64,000 nucleotides of DNA from an uncultured Gammaproteobacteria bacterium. GTDB lineage: Bacteria > Patescibacteriota > Patescibacteriia > GWA2-47-26. Positions 10,419-19,439 of this stretch are shown here, piece by piece. The notes beneath the pieces were generated by a model, which was not told the origin of the DNA, searched no databases, and worked only from the letters and a program-made list of their open reading frames with translations. The DNA lies in contig CAZHIP010000001.1 of the NCBI GenBank assembly GCA_964532925.1, positions 11,227 through 75,226 of the forward strand, written 5' to 3'. The first letter of the stretch is position 1. Each line of letters starts with the position of its first letter. The translations under genes and the position numbers were made by a program.

Positions 10419-10763
10419 ATGAAGAATAGAGTTCTTTTCCTCTCTGTTGTCCTTGTTGGTGGCTCAGTCGGACTGTTGATCTTTGCTTTGTATTGGCGTG
10501 ATTACCTCTATGTGTACTATGGGGCCATGCCGGTCATGGTCGCGGGAGTCATGCTCCTGGTGAGGGCCCGTAAAAAGAAAGGAAAAGAGGGGGGTGGTAT
10601 GGATTTCGACAAAGAGGTAATAGAGGTCCTCATTCTCGGGGAGTTTGAGCCTCGTGATCGCACGAGCTACGAACTCGCGGTGGCAATTTTGACCCTCGCT
10701 GGTGAAGCGGTCACGCCGGAGAATATCGCGTCAGTATATGAAGGCTGGCGTGAAAGCGAATAA
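10419..10763 (+). CDS. hypothetical small membrane protein
   Basis: ATG preceded by AAGGGGGG; two predicted TM helices followed by a charged segment. Confidence 0.5.
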   Translation: MKNRVLFLSVVLVGGSVGLLIFALYWRDYLYVYYGAMPVMVAGVMLLVRARKKKGKEGGGMDFDKEVIEVLILGEFEPRDRTSYELAVAILTLAGEAVTPENIASVYEGWRESE

Positions 10764-10786
10764 CTGCTCTTCGGGTGCGCCTAATG

Positions 10787-10816
10787 AGTCCGTAACGAAC
10801 GCGTTGCGGACTTTTT
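10787..10816. terminator. bidirectional terminator between convergent genes
   Basis: agtccgtaacgaacgcgttgcggact hairpin followed by ttttt. Confidence 0.5.
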
Positions 10817-11440
10817 CTATTCTATGCTAATCGGTGTGCCAGCTTCTGCCCAATGGTAGAGTTTTTCCATATTTGAGTAGGCGACATTGATACAGCCGTG
10901 TGATCGAGGCGTGCCAAACTTGTTATGCCAGTAGGCGCCATGAATGTAGTAGTTTCCCTTGGGGTGTTTTTTGAACATGAGGTTCCATTTGGTATTCGGG
11001 AAGCTATATCCTACGCCGGTGTAGTTTACGATGGGGCGTTTGATGAGCACGCTATATTGGCCGAGTGGCGTTGGGGTGGCTCGTAACCCACTTGAGATAG
11101 GAAATTCGTCGAGTTTTTTGTCACCAAAATAGTAGGCCAACTTTTGATCTTTGAGCGTGACGGCAATACGTTTTGCAATTTTTTCTACGGAGGCGCTCAA
11201 TGGGTCGTGCCCGGCATTGACTTCAACTCCATCGGTAAATCCATCGCCATCGGTATCAGCTTTGGTTGGATCGGTGCCAAGTATTGTTTCCCAGGTATCG
11301 ATGAGGCCGTCTTTGTCGGTATCAATAGTTACGTTCACGGTAGGAGCCACGGTTACGGGAGCTGCGGCATGGCTATATTGTGGTATTACAAAAAGACTAA
11401 GTGTGAAGAATGTAAAAAACGTGAGGCGCAGTTGGTGCAT
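10817..11440 (-). CDS. secreted L,D-transpeptidase (YkuD domain) with Ca-binding DxDxDG repeats
   Basis: N-terminal signal peptide, DTDKDGLID and DTDGDGFTDG repeats, catalytic segment HGAYWHNKFGTPRSHGCINV. Confidence 0.75.
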   Translation of the reverse strand: MHQLRLTFFTFFTLSLFVIPQYSHAAAPVTVAPTVNVTIDTDKDGLIDTWETILGTDPTKADTDGDGFTDGVEVNAGHDPLSASVEKIAKRIAVTLKDQKLAYYFGDKKLDEFPISSGLRATPTPLGQYSVLIKRPIVNYTGVGYSFPNTKWNLMFKKHPKGNYYIHGAYWHNKFGTPRSHGCINVAYSNMEKLYHWAEAGTPISIE

Positions 11441-11443
11441 AGG

Positions 11444-11746
11444 TTATTTCAATGCCTCGAGGGCCTTGAGGAAATCAGCGATGAGCGTTGCGAGGTTTTC
11501 GGGAGTTTTGTTTTTGTGCCATATAGCGGCTTTTTCGCGAAAGGAGGCGCTTCGTTCAAACAAATTTCGTAGGTTTTCAGAGTATTTTTCGGTAATCCAT
11601 GGGCCAGGTACTTCGCTACCGTGCTCACCAACGGAAATTGGTTTATTGAATGCGTGAATCAAAGCGATTTGAAGATATGCCTTTAGTCGCATGGTCTCGC
11701 GCGGGTATTCCATGGGCGGTGTTTTTGGTGGCAAGGATTCTATCAT
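11444..11746 (-). CDS. hypothetical protein (100 aa)
   Basis: Ends 3 nt before the L,D-transpeptidase start, so probably co-transcribed. No recognisable motif. Confidence 0.4.
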   Translation of the reverse strand: MIESLPPKTPPMEYPRETMRLKAYLQIALIHAFNKPISVGEHGSEVPGPWITEKYSENLRNLFERSASFREKAAIWHKNKTPENLATLIADFLKALEALK

Positions 11747-11932
11747 AGTGATTTGAGCTTGTTATATGAGGATAGTATGGCATTGATTGGCAGGCTTTGC
11801 AAAAACAAAAACCAGCCCCCGAGAGGGCTGATCTTTGGTGCGCAATAATCTTTTTGAAATCACTATGCAATTATAATGATCTTAAAATGATTCCCGTCTA
11901 TTATGACCCGACGGGATGATGGGGTTAAGGTT

Positions 11933-12244
11933 TTATTTCTGGCAAAAGTCATTGATCTCCTCAAGGAGAAAATCTTCGGGGCCAGAAACGGTTCTGATGC
12001 GAGTGGGGCACAGGATGGCGAGCGTCATAGCTTTGGCGAATTCCTCTTTTTTGCCCGAATCAACTATGAATATTACCGTCTGTTTAGTTTGAGCCAGTAT
12101 TTTTAGTGCTGTTGTAGTAGTCAGTACAACAGCTAGATCAACCTCCCTTTTTCCATACATGGGTTTATTGAGAAAGATCGCCGACCCTTCGTCCTCAAGC
12201 AAGTATCTCGGCACAAGGTTTTGGGGCATGTAGATACTAATCAT
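11933..12244 (-). CDS. hypothetical protein (103 aa), second gene of a two-gene operon
   Basis: ATG at 12242-12244 (MISIYMPQ) preceded by GGAG; its start overlaps the upstream gene's stop by 8 nt. Confidence 0.45.
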   Translation of the reverse strand: MISIYMPQNLVPRYLLEDEGSAIFLNKPMYGKREVDLAVVLTTTTALKILAQTKQTVIFIVDSGKKEEFAKAMTLAILCPTRIRTVSGPEDFLLEEINDFCQK

Positions 12245-12593
12245 TCGACTCCTTTTTGTACTCGAGTGGAAGTGGTTTTTCGACTTCATTTTCCGTGTAT
12301 TTGGGCAGGCCGGTAGACTCTCCGTCTCCGTCGAGAGCGTTGGACTCGTACCGTCGGGTTTTTCCATCTTTCAGGAAATCTCGAGCAGCTTGAGCCTTTC
12401 CACCATCGATGGTGGCCTCTGGTCCTTTGCCACAGGTGCAGGGGCTGACCGTCCAGCCGCTCCAGGAAGAGTCGCTGCCTCCCCGCATGTACCATGAGTG
12501 CACATGTGCCTTTCCGTCGATACACACGGTGGCTTCGTTTCTGTCGTTGTTGCACGCAACTACTACGCCAGCAAGCACGATTTCGTCTTCCAC
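12237..12593 (-). CDS. hypothetical Cys4 protein (118 aa)
   Basis: GTG start at 12593 preceded by AAGGAG with a 5-nt spacer. Four Cys (C..C ... C.C) suggest a zinc-ribbon-like fold. No signal peptide. Confidence 0.45.
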   Translation of the reverse strand: MEDEIVLAGVVVACNNDRNEATVCIDGKAHVHSWYMRGGSDSSWSGWTVSPCTCGKGPEATIDGGKAQAARDFLKDGKTRRYESNALDGDGESTGLPKYTENEVEKPLPLEYKKESND

Positions 12594-12633
12594 GGGATCT
12601 CCTTTTTGATTGTCAATGTTCAAAACTCATACG

Positions 12634-12708
12634 AATATATAATAAAATATACTATTTGTCAATATATTTACACCAAAAATTGACATAATATATAAATATG
12701 TATATAAT
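12634..12708. promoter_or_regulatory. divergent near-consensus sigma-70 promoters in an 80% AT spacer
   Basis: Plus strand: TTGACA (12680-85), 17-nt spacer, TATAAT (12703-08). Minus strand: TTGACA (12662-57), 17 nt, TATATT (12639-34). The two -35 boxes form the inverted repeat TGTCAA-N18-TTGACA. Confidence 0.55.
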
Positions 12709-12737
12709 ATTTTATACAATACTAACGAATTTGCCTT

Positions 12738-13511
12738 ATGTTAAGCCAAACGCAATTGCAAGCATCCTTGGACCCTGCTTTGGATGAGCTTGGTCTTACT
12801 CCGTACGAGAAGAACATGTATCTCCTCTCGCTCTCATTGGGTCCGACCCCTATCTCTGCTTTTGCTAAACACCTGGGCATTTCACGTCCGAATGTATATA
12901 AAGTTATCTTAGGCCTAGAAAAACGTGGATTAGCGATATTTTCTGACCGCGCCTCGCGCACCAAGACTTTTGTTGTAGAATCACCGCATATTTTGATAAA
13001 ACGGCTTAAAGAAAAACGCGAACGCATGGAGCAACTCGATGGTAGTGTTCTGAGTATCCTTCCGGATTTACTCGCTTTGTATCAGCAAGGGGACATGGCA
13101 ACCTCTTTAAAAGTCTTTGATACCAAGAAAGCCTGGGTAGATTTGTTTTTTCAGATTTTAACCGAGACGAATGACGAATATCTTTTCTTTGGAAATGTAG
13201 AAAAGTTTTTAGCATTTGCGCCATCAGTCCAAGCGCAGTGGGTAAAAGATCGGGTTGGGCGTGGTATTAAAGGAAAACTGTTGACTTTACCAAGTGTAGT
13301 GGCAAAAGAAAAAAGTACTCATGATAAGGAAGAATTACGGGAAACACGTTTTCTATCATCCATGAAATCATTTGAAGCTTCTTTTCTTATTTTTGGTAAA
13401 AAAGTGATTATCTGGCAACCAAAAGCCCCGTTAGCCATATTGGTCGAGGACGCTTTTATTGTGCAGATGTTACGCAGTATATTTGATGTCTTGTGGGAGC
13501 AAACGAAGTAA
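12738..13511 (+). CDS. TrmB-family transcriptional regulator
   Basis: N-terminal winged-helix segment LGLTPYEKNMYLLSLSLGPTPISAFAKHLGISRPNVYKVILGLEKRGL plus a C-terminal TrmB-like domain; 257 aa. Confidence 0.6.
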   Translation: MLSQTQLQASLDPALDELGLTPYEKNMYLLSLSLGPTPISAFAKHLGISRPNVYKVILGLEKRGLAIFSDRASRTKTFVVESPHILIKRLKEKRERMEQLDGSVLSILPDLLALYQQGDMATSLKVFDTKKAWVDLFFQILTETNDEYLFFGNVEKFLAFAPSVQAQWVKDRVGRGIKGKLLTLPSVVAKEKSTHDKEELRETRFLSSMKSFEASFLIFGKKVIIWQPKAPLAILVEDAFIVQMLRSIFDVLWEQTK

Positions 13512-13514
13512 ATA

Positions 13515-13543
13515 CAAAAAACTCCCATTACTGGGAGTTTTTT
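13515..13543. terminator. bidirectional terminator (TrmB gene and tRNA-Val)
   Basis: aaaaaa-actcccattactgggagt-tttttt. Confidence 0.6.
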
Positions 13544-13617
13544 GGTGCGCAATACTGGGATCGAACCAGTGACCTCTTCGATGTCAACGAAGCGCTCTAC
13601 CACTGAGCTAATTGCGC
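13543..13617 (-). tRNA. tRNA-Val (anticodon GAC), CCA encoded
   Basis: Reverse complement folds as a cloverleaf: GCGCAAT acceptor stem, GCTC/GAGC D-stem, anticodon loop TTGACAT, T-loop TTCGATC, 3' ACCA. Confidence 0.9.
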
Positions 13618-13766
13618 TCGGTATAGGCATGCCACACGTCCGAAAGAATAACGTAATTGAGCTAGACCGTCAACCGTTTTCGGTGATTTTGAGCATGCGA
13701 GTCAAATTCATCCCCACAAGTGCCCTTTTCGCTATGCTTGATTGAGCGTACAATACGTATACAAAT

Positions 13767-15941
13767 ATGGGACGAACACCAAAAGGCGATAGACCACGAA
13801 GGAAGAAAAACCAAGAAGAAGAAGTCGATCCAGCTCGCCGTGAAATAACGGCAGTTATTTTGTTAGCGCTTGGGGCGCTTTTCGCGTTGTCCTACTTTGG
13901 ATTGGCGGGGACTGCGGGGCGGTATATCGACACAGGGCTCGTGTGGATGCTTGGTTCGGTCAGGGCACTGTTGTTTATTATGCTTGTTGCTGTTGGTTTT
14001 TCGGTTCTGGTTCGCGGACTTCGCACCACCAATGTTATTGGTATGGTAGTTTTTATGGGTGTTGCGGCGGGGTTTTCCCACTTGGTTGGCGTGCCCGAAG
14101 CAGAACGTGGTGCCATTATTGCTACGAACATGCCGGGCGGATACGCCGGGGCATACCTTGGCCTACCGCTCTATCAGTTTTTTGGCTACTACGCGAGCCT
14201 CATCGTTTTGGCCGCGTTTTTCTTTATTGCTATCTCGCTTTTGGTTCCCGCGCCGCTTTCTCGCTTGGCCTCCTCAAGCCTGTGGATTGCCCGCGCGATG
14301 GGTATTGTGGTTGGAGTAGTGAGTCGTTTTGTTAATTGGTTGCGTTCCATGTTTTCAACCCCTTCAACAGAAGAAGTACAGGCAAGCGCAGCACCTTCCT
14401 TTGCCATGCATCGCATTGAAGTAGCACCGTCGATTGGTGTGGCTGACGATGATGACGGTGAAGAAGAGGCAGAAGAAGGTGAGCCGGGGAAGTCGACGAT
14501 TGTGCGTAAGCCACGCCGCGCACCACTTCCGGATATCGAGATTCCACTCGTGCTTCTTGAGAAAAACACCACGAAGGCCGCTGCGGGAGATATTCGTACC
14601 CGAAGCGCCATTATTCAAAAAACGCTACAGAACTTTGGTATCGACGTAGAAATGGGGGAGGTTTCGGTGGGTCCAACCGTTGCACAATACACGTTGCGAC
14701 CAACCGATGGCGTCAAACTTGCCTCAATTACCGCGCTTTCAAATGATTTGGCGCTTGCACTTGCTGCCTCTGCTATTCGTATCGAAGCACCAATTCCCGG
14801 AAAGTCACTGGTGGGTATCGAGGTGCCGAACGAGCAGACTACTATGGTCAAAATGCGGGAAATCTTAGAGCACGATGTATGGACACGCCGCAGTTCCAAC
14901 CTTTCGTTCGTGCTCGGTAAAGATGTTGCTGGTAAACCATGGGTTGCAGATTTATCTCGCATGCCGCATTTGCTCGTGGCTGGTTCCACGGGTTCTGGTA
15001 AGTCGGTCTGTCTCAATACTATTATCATGAGTTTGCTCTATGCCAACGGTCCGGCCGATCTTCGACTCATCTTGGTTGACCCAAAGCGCGTGGAGTTACC
15101 AATCTATAACGACATTCCACACCTGCTTTCACCGGTAATCACCGATGTAAAGCGCACGGTTGAGGCACTCAAGTGGGCAATTAACGAGATGGATCGTCGC
15201 TACAAGCTGTTACAAGAGGCAGGTTCACGTGACATCAAAACGTACAACGAGCGTTTGCGCCCCGGAGAAGAGCGCATGCCGTACATTGTCTTTATTGTTG
15301 ATGAATTGGCTGATCTCATGGTATCGGCTGGTTCATCGGTTGAGCCATACATCATTCGCTTAGCACAAATGGCCCGCGCTATTGGCATCCATCTCATTCT
15401 CGCGACACAGCGTCCATCGGTCGACGTTATTACGGGTCTTATCAAGGCAAACTTCCCGGCACGTATTGCGTTTGCGGTCGCATCGCTTGTCGATTCCCGA
15501 ACGATTCTTGATGCCTCTGGTGCAGAGAAGCTCTTGGGTCGTGGCGATATGTTGTTTACTGCTCCAGAATTTGGCAAACCACGTCGTGTGCAAGGAACCT
15601 ATATTTCCGATACTGAGATCCGCAAAGTGTGTGAGTTCTTAAAGCAAGCCGGCGAACCAGAGTATACTGATCTATCTGCTCGTGATGGTGGAGCGCCGGG
15701 GAGCATGAATGATGCAACCGGTGACGAAGATGGAGACGCAATGCTCGGAGAAGCAAAACAGGCCATCATGCAGGCCGGCAAGGCATCTGCCTCGCTCTTG
15801 CAGCGACGACTGAAGGTTGGGTATGCGCGGGCGGCGCGTATTCTCGACATTTTGGAATCGCAAGGGTTTATTGGGCCATCTGATGGCGCGAAACCACGTG
15901 AAATCTTGCAGCAGTCAGAAGGCGGCGATATAATAGAATAA
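13767..15941 (+). CDS. ftsK: DNA translocase FtsK/SpoIIIE
   Basis: N-terminal multi-TM region, Walker A GSTGSGKSV, segments ILVDPKRVEL and ATQRPSVDVITG, C-terminal gamma (winged-helix) region. Confidence 0.9.
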   Translation: MGRTPKGDRPRRKKNQEEEVDPARREITAVILLALGALFALSYFGLAGTAGRYIDTGLVWMLGSVRALLFIMLVAVGFSVLVRGLRTTNVIGMVVFMGVAAGFSHLVGVPEAERGAIIATNMPGGYAGAYLGLPLYQFFGYYASLIVLAAFFFIAISLLVPAPLSRLASSSLWIARAMGIVVGVVSRFVNWLRSMFSTPSTEEVQASAAPSFAMHRIEVAPSIGVADDDDGEEEAEEGEPGKSTIVRKPRRAPLPDIEIPLVLLEKNTTKAAAGDIRTRSAIIQKTLQNFGIDVEMGEVSVGPTVAQYTLRPTDGVKLASITALSNDLALALAASAIRIEAPIPGKSLVGIEVPNEQTTMVKMREILEHDVWTRRSSNLSFVLGKDVAGKPWVADLSRMPHLLVAGSTGSGKSVCLNTIIMSLLYANGPADLRLILVDPKRVELPIYNDIPHLLSPVITDVKRTVEALKWAINEMDRRYKLLQEAGSRDIKTYNERLRPGEERMPYIVFIVDELADLMVSAGSSVEPYIIRLAQMARAIGIHLILATQRPSVDVITGLIKANFPARIAFAVASLVDSRTILDASGAEKLLGRGDMLFTAPEFGKPRRVQGTYISDTEIRKVCEFLKQAGEPEYTDLSARDGGAPGSMNDATGDEDGDAMLGEAKQAIMQAGKASASLLQRRLKVGYARAARILDILESQGFIGPSDGAKPREILQQSEGGDIIE

Positions 15942-16020
15942 TTATTTCAATCCAATGACACGGCAACCTTCTCATCGCTACTCGTCGCATCGTCGCCGTG
16001 GAGCTGTTGCTGTGCCGTTT

Positions 16021-16389
16021 ATGGGTTTTGAGATGCGCAAAATTATTTTTGTTGTGGTTGCCGGATTGTTGTTGCTCTATGTTGGGTTCCAGCTCTTTGG
16101 TTTTTTTACGCCACCATCGCTCACCCTAGATACCCCAACCGAAGGCATGCGCTGTGCAAAACGATCCATCGAAGTGCTTGGCCACACTACCCCTGGCGTG
16201 CATGTTTCGGTAAATGGTGGTACAGTTTCTTTGGATGATGCGGGGAAATTCAAAGCATTATTGGTGCTCGGTGAGGGGGTAAACACGATTTCGGTGCGAG
16301 CAGAGAAGCGCTATGGTCGTGCCAATACAGTTACGCGAACTATTTTGGTGGAGGATAAGGTTTCTGTGGCCCCTAGTTCGGCGCTCTAG
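16021..16389 (+). CDS. hypothetical membrane-anchored protein
   Basis: Start uncertain (ATG at 16021 or 16033). One TM helix followed by a beta-rich domain. Confidence 0.4.
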   Translation: MGFEMRKIIFVVVAGLLLLYVGFQLFGFFTPPSLTLDTPTEGMRCAKRSIEVLGHTTPGVHVSVNGGTVSLDDAGKFKALLVLGEGVNTISVRAEKRYGRANTVTRTILVEDKVSVAPSSAL

Positions 16390-16530
16390 TTGAAGGGTTC
16401 GGGTGCATGCTAAAAATTCCTGCCATTGCGCAGGTTTTGTTATTTTAAAGGGTGTGTATTCATATCAACAGGGTGTTTGTAAGTATTACTTGTTTCGTGG
16501 AGGAGGCTTTGCTACTATAAAAACTCGCTT

Positions 16531-16953
16531 ATGAAAAAAAATCTACTAGTCTCTCTAACCGTTTTTGTGATGATTCTGGTGCTCGGTGTGGGGGTAAGTC
16601 GCAATGCTAGTGCCGCAGTGGGTAGAAACACGTGTATTATTGCAACGTGTCATGCCTCGGATAAACCTGCCTGTGCCCGAGAGACCAAGCTCAAAGGTTT
16701 GGTGTGTTCTATGCAATCAGAGGCAGCGGACTTTTGCATTTCGTTTATTAAATGTGGGGCAAACAAAAAAGGTCAGTGTGTAGTGTCGAACGATAAGGCG
16801 TTTAATACGTGTAAGTCATGTGTAACCGAGTGTTTGGGTGAAGGTGCAGCGAGCGATGCACCGCTTACCCAACGAATTAGCTGTCAGCAGCGATGTGTTG
16901 CTCTTGCAAAAGCTCCTCCGGCAAAGGTTGTGTCTGTTAAAAAAACCAAGTAA
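16531..16953 (+). CDS. small secreted cysteine-rich protein (14 Cys)
   Basis: Signal peptide [28 protein letters not shown] followed by about 112 residues containing 14 Cys. Confidence 0.5.
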   Translation: MKKNLLVSLTVFVMILVLGVGVSRNASAAVGRNTCIIATCHASDKPACARETKLKGLVCSMQSEAADFCISFIKCGANKKGQCVVSNDKAFNTCKSCVTECLGEGAASDAPLTQRISCQQRCVALAKAPPAKVVSVKKTK

Positions 16954-16964
16954 TAGATAATGGT

Positions 16965-18029
16965 ATGGCAAAGGAAGCAAAGGCTGTTGATCGAATGAAA
17001 TTGGCAGAGGCCGCCATGGGGCAAATTCAAGAACGGTTTGGTGAAGGGTCAATCATGAAGCTTGGTGAGGCCAAGAAAATGACCATCGAATCTATTCCGA
17101 CTGGCTGTCTCTCGCTTGATCTTGCACTCGGCGTTGGCGGGTTTCCTCGAGGTCGTATTATTGAGGTGTATGGCCCAGAATCATCGGGTAAAACCACGCT
17201 GGCGCAACATGTGGTGGCTTCGGTGCAGAAAATGGGAGGGGTAGCTGCATTTATCGATGCCGAGCATGCGCTCGATCCTGAATATGCTAAAAAAATCGGT
17301 GTTGATACTGACCGTTTGATTATTTCCCAGCCAGACAATGGCGAACAGGCACTCGAAATTGTCGACACACTTGTTCGCTCCAACTCCGTTGATGTAATTG
17401 TCGTTGACTCTGTTGCTGCCCTTACACCAAAAGCAGAAATCGAAGGTGAAATGGGTGATTCACACATGGGTTTACAGGCGCGCCTTATGAGCCAAGCGCT
17501 TCGTAAGCTCACCGGCATTATTTCTAAGTCTAATACCTGCCTTATTTTCATCAACCAGATTCGTTCGAAGATTGGCGTGGTCTTTGGAAACCCAGAAGTT
17601 ACGACGGGTGGCAATGCACTCAAGTTTTATGCTTCCATCCGCGTCGAAGTTCGCCGTGCCGCGCAGATTAAGTTTAATGACCAGATTATTGGCAACCGCG
17701 TGAAGGCAAAAGTGGTCAAAAACAAAGTTGCGCCACCGTTCCAGGCTACCGAGTTCGACATTATGTACAACGAGGGTATTTCGCTGGCTGGCGATTTGCT
17801 CGATACTGCGGTACTTAAGACTGTGGTCAAAAAAGCTGGCGCGAGTTACTCGTTTGGTGATATCAAACTCGGTGTTGGTCGCGAGACTGCCAAAAAGTTC
17901 TTGCGTGAAAATCCAGAAATCCTCGAAAACATTCGCACCGAAGTCTGGCGCATGGTAGAAAGCGCCGAACTCGCCGAACAAGGTCCGGTCGTCGACATGG
18001 ATGAAGAAGGAGAAGAGCCCGCGGAGTAG
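16965..18029 (+). CDS. recA: recombinase RecA
   Basis: Walker [10 protein letters not shown] and the canonical RecA core; 354 aa with an acidic C-terminus. Confidence 0.95.
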   Translation: MAKEAKAVDRMKLAEAAMGQIQERFGEGSIMKLGEAKKMTIESIPTGCLSLDLALGVGGFPRGRIIEVYGPESSGKTTLAQHVVASVQKMGGVAAFIDAEHALDPEYAKKIGVDTDRLIISQPDNGEQALEIVDTLVRSNSVDVIVVDSVAALTPKAEIEGEMGDSHMGLQARLMSQALRKLTGIISKSNTCLIFINQIRSKIGVVFGNPEVTTGGNALKFYASIRVEVRRAAQIKFNDQIIGNRVKAKVVKNKVAPPFQATEFDIMYNEGISLAGDLLDTAVLKTVVKKAGASYSFGDIKLGVGRETAKKFLRENPEILENIRTEVWRMVESAELAEQGPVVDMDEEGEEPAE

Positions 18030-18032
18030 AAG

Positions 18033-18090
18033 AAAAATACAAAAAGAAAACGACCGCAATCATCAGTTGATTGCGGTCGTGGCTTTTCTC
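18033..18090. terminator. bidirectional terminator between recA and the convergent 97-aa gene
   Basis: cgaccgcaatcatcagttgattgcggtcg hairpin; a T-run follows on the minus strand. Confidence 0.55.
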
Positions 18091-18111
18091 GGGCGCGTTG
18101 GCCACGAGGTG

Positions 18112-18405
18112 CTAGTTGGGAAAGCGGCGGAGTCGCTTCGAGACATTCGGGTGGTTGAGCATCTTGAGAGCTTTGGTCTCGTTCTCGATTTCTCGCTTAC
18201 GACGTTCCTCGGGGTTTTCTTTGGCTCTCTTGAGAGCAGATTCGAAGAGTCGATCCTTGTTCTTTTCCCAGTGCTCGGCGACCTCGGCGCTCACGGGCTC
18301 TTCGCAATAGCGCTTGATGGTGTCGTTGGCTTCCTGGTTGTTCGGATCATTTTCAAGATCCTCTAGGGCTTTCAAGACGGCTTCTTCAGTAACGCGTTCG
18401 GACAT
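18112..18405 (-). CDS. hypothetical charged protein (97 aa)
   Basis: Complete ORF rich in E/K/R; no recognisable motif. Confidence 0.4.
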   Translation of the reverse strand: MSERVTEEAVLKALEDLENDPNNQEANDTIKRYCEEPVSAEVAEHWEKNKDRLFESALKRAKENPEERRKREIENETKALKMLNHPNVSKRLRRFPN

Positions 18406-18810
18406 GGAAGCTCCTTTTGTGGAGTTTGAGGTTATTTTGACGGTGCGAATTGAACAAAGGACTATATCTCAAAATAGGCAAAAAGTCAAGAGTTGGCAAG
18501 TAAATGGGGTGTCATTCCCGGCTTGATCGGGAATCCAGTACCCAAGCGTTTTTTCTCTTCCACCTTTGGCGCAAAGGTGGAGCCAAACTCCGTACCCGGG
18601 TCTCCAGTCGCTAGCCATTGAGGACTCGTCAAAATTCCAGCCATGACCTACTCACTCGCTCCGACTCGTTCGATCTGGCTCGCATGGCCGGTCGCGCTGC
18701 TTCGCGACCATTTCTCCTCATCTCCCAATGGCTGCTGCTTCTCGACAGGGTACGGCTAGGACCAGGACCAAAGACAGAGATTGCCACGCGAGTACGCTCG
18801 CAACGACAGA

Positions 18811-18846
18811 AACAAAAAAGCTCGGGTTGAATCCCGAGCTTTTTAA
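18811..18846. terminator. Rho-independent terminator after efp, bidirectional
   Basis: aaaaaa-gctcgggttgaatcccgagc-ttttt. Confidence 0.6.
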
Positions 18847-18855
18847 AATTCTTTT

Positions 18856-19419
18856 TTACGGATTGAATCGTTCGACGTAATCGCCGGTGTCGGTGTTGAT
18901 GATAATGCTTTCGCCTTCTTTGATGAACATTGGCACACGGACAACCAGACCGTTTTCGAGCGTTGCTTCTTTGGTCACGGAGTTTGCGGTATCACCACGG
19001 ACGCCCGGAGGGGAGTCGGTAACTTTGAGAGTGACTTTCTTGGGGAAATCAACGGTGACGGGAACACCTGCATCAGTGAGAAGTTGTAACTCAATACCTT
19101 CTTTAAGGTACTTGGTGTATTCACCCAAAACGTCGGGGCTGATGGAGAACTGTTCGTAGGAGGTATTGTCCATGAACGTATATTCCGTTGGGGTACCGTA
19201 GAGGTACTGCACCTTTTTGCGTTCGAGATCCACCATCTCAATAGCTTCACCAGATTTATAGGTGTGTTCGACAACCTTGCCCGAGCGTAAGCCCTTGAGA
19301 CGGGTGCGCACAAAAGCGGAACCCTTACCCGGGTTTACGTGCTGAAACTCGACCACGAGGTGTGGTTCGTTCTTAAAAACAATGGCAATGCCGCGTTTGA
19401 TGTCTGCTGTAGTAACCAT
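18856..19419 (-). CDS. efp: elongation factor P
   Basis: MVTTADIKRG start; NPGKGSAF loop retains the Lys equivalent to E. coli K34; KOW and OB domains present. Confidence 0.9.
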   Translation of the reverse strand: MVTTADIKRGIAIVFKNEPHLVVEFQHVNPGKGSAFVRTRLKGLRSGKVVEHTYKSGEAIEMVDLERKKVQYLYGTPTEYTFMDNTSYEQFSISPDVLGEYTKYLKEGIELQLLTDAGVPVTVDFPKKVTLKVTDSPPGVRGDTANSVTKEATLENGLVVRVPMFIKEGESIIINTDTGDYVERFNP

Positions 19420-19439
19420 ATTTGTGAGGGCAGTGTAGC

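Noticed and set aside
13319-13630. 103-aa minus-strand ORF spanning tRNA-Val
   Set aside because: It overlaps a canonical tRNA gene and its terminator, and has no SD or motifs.
18406-18855. Possible tmRNA or SRP RNA in the large intergenic gap
   Set aside because: I found no tRNA-like acceptor/T-arm (GGTTCGANTCC...CCA), no resume-codon/tag-peptide reading frame ending in ALAA, and no SRP domain IV motif (GGAAGCAGC). Kept only as an unclassified structured region.
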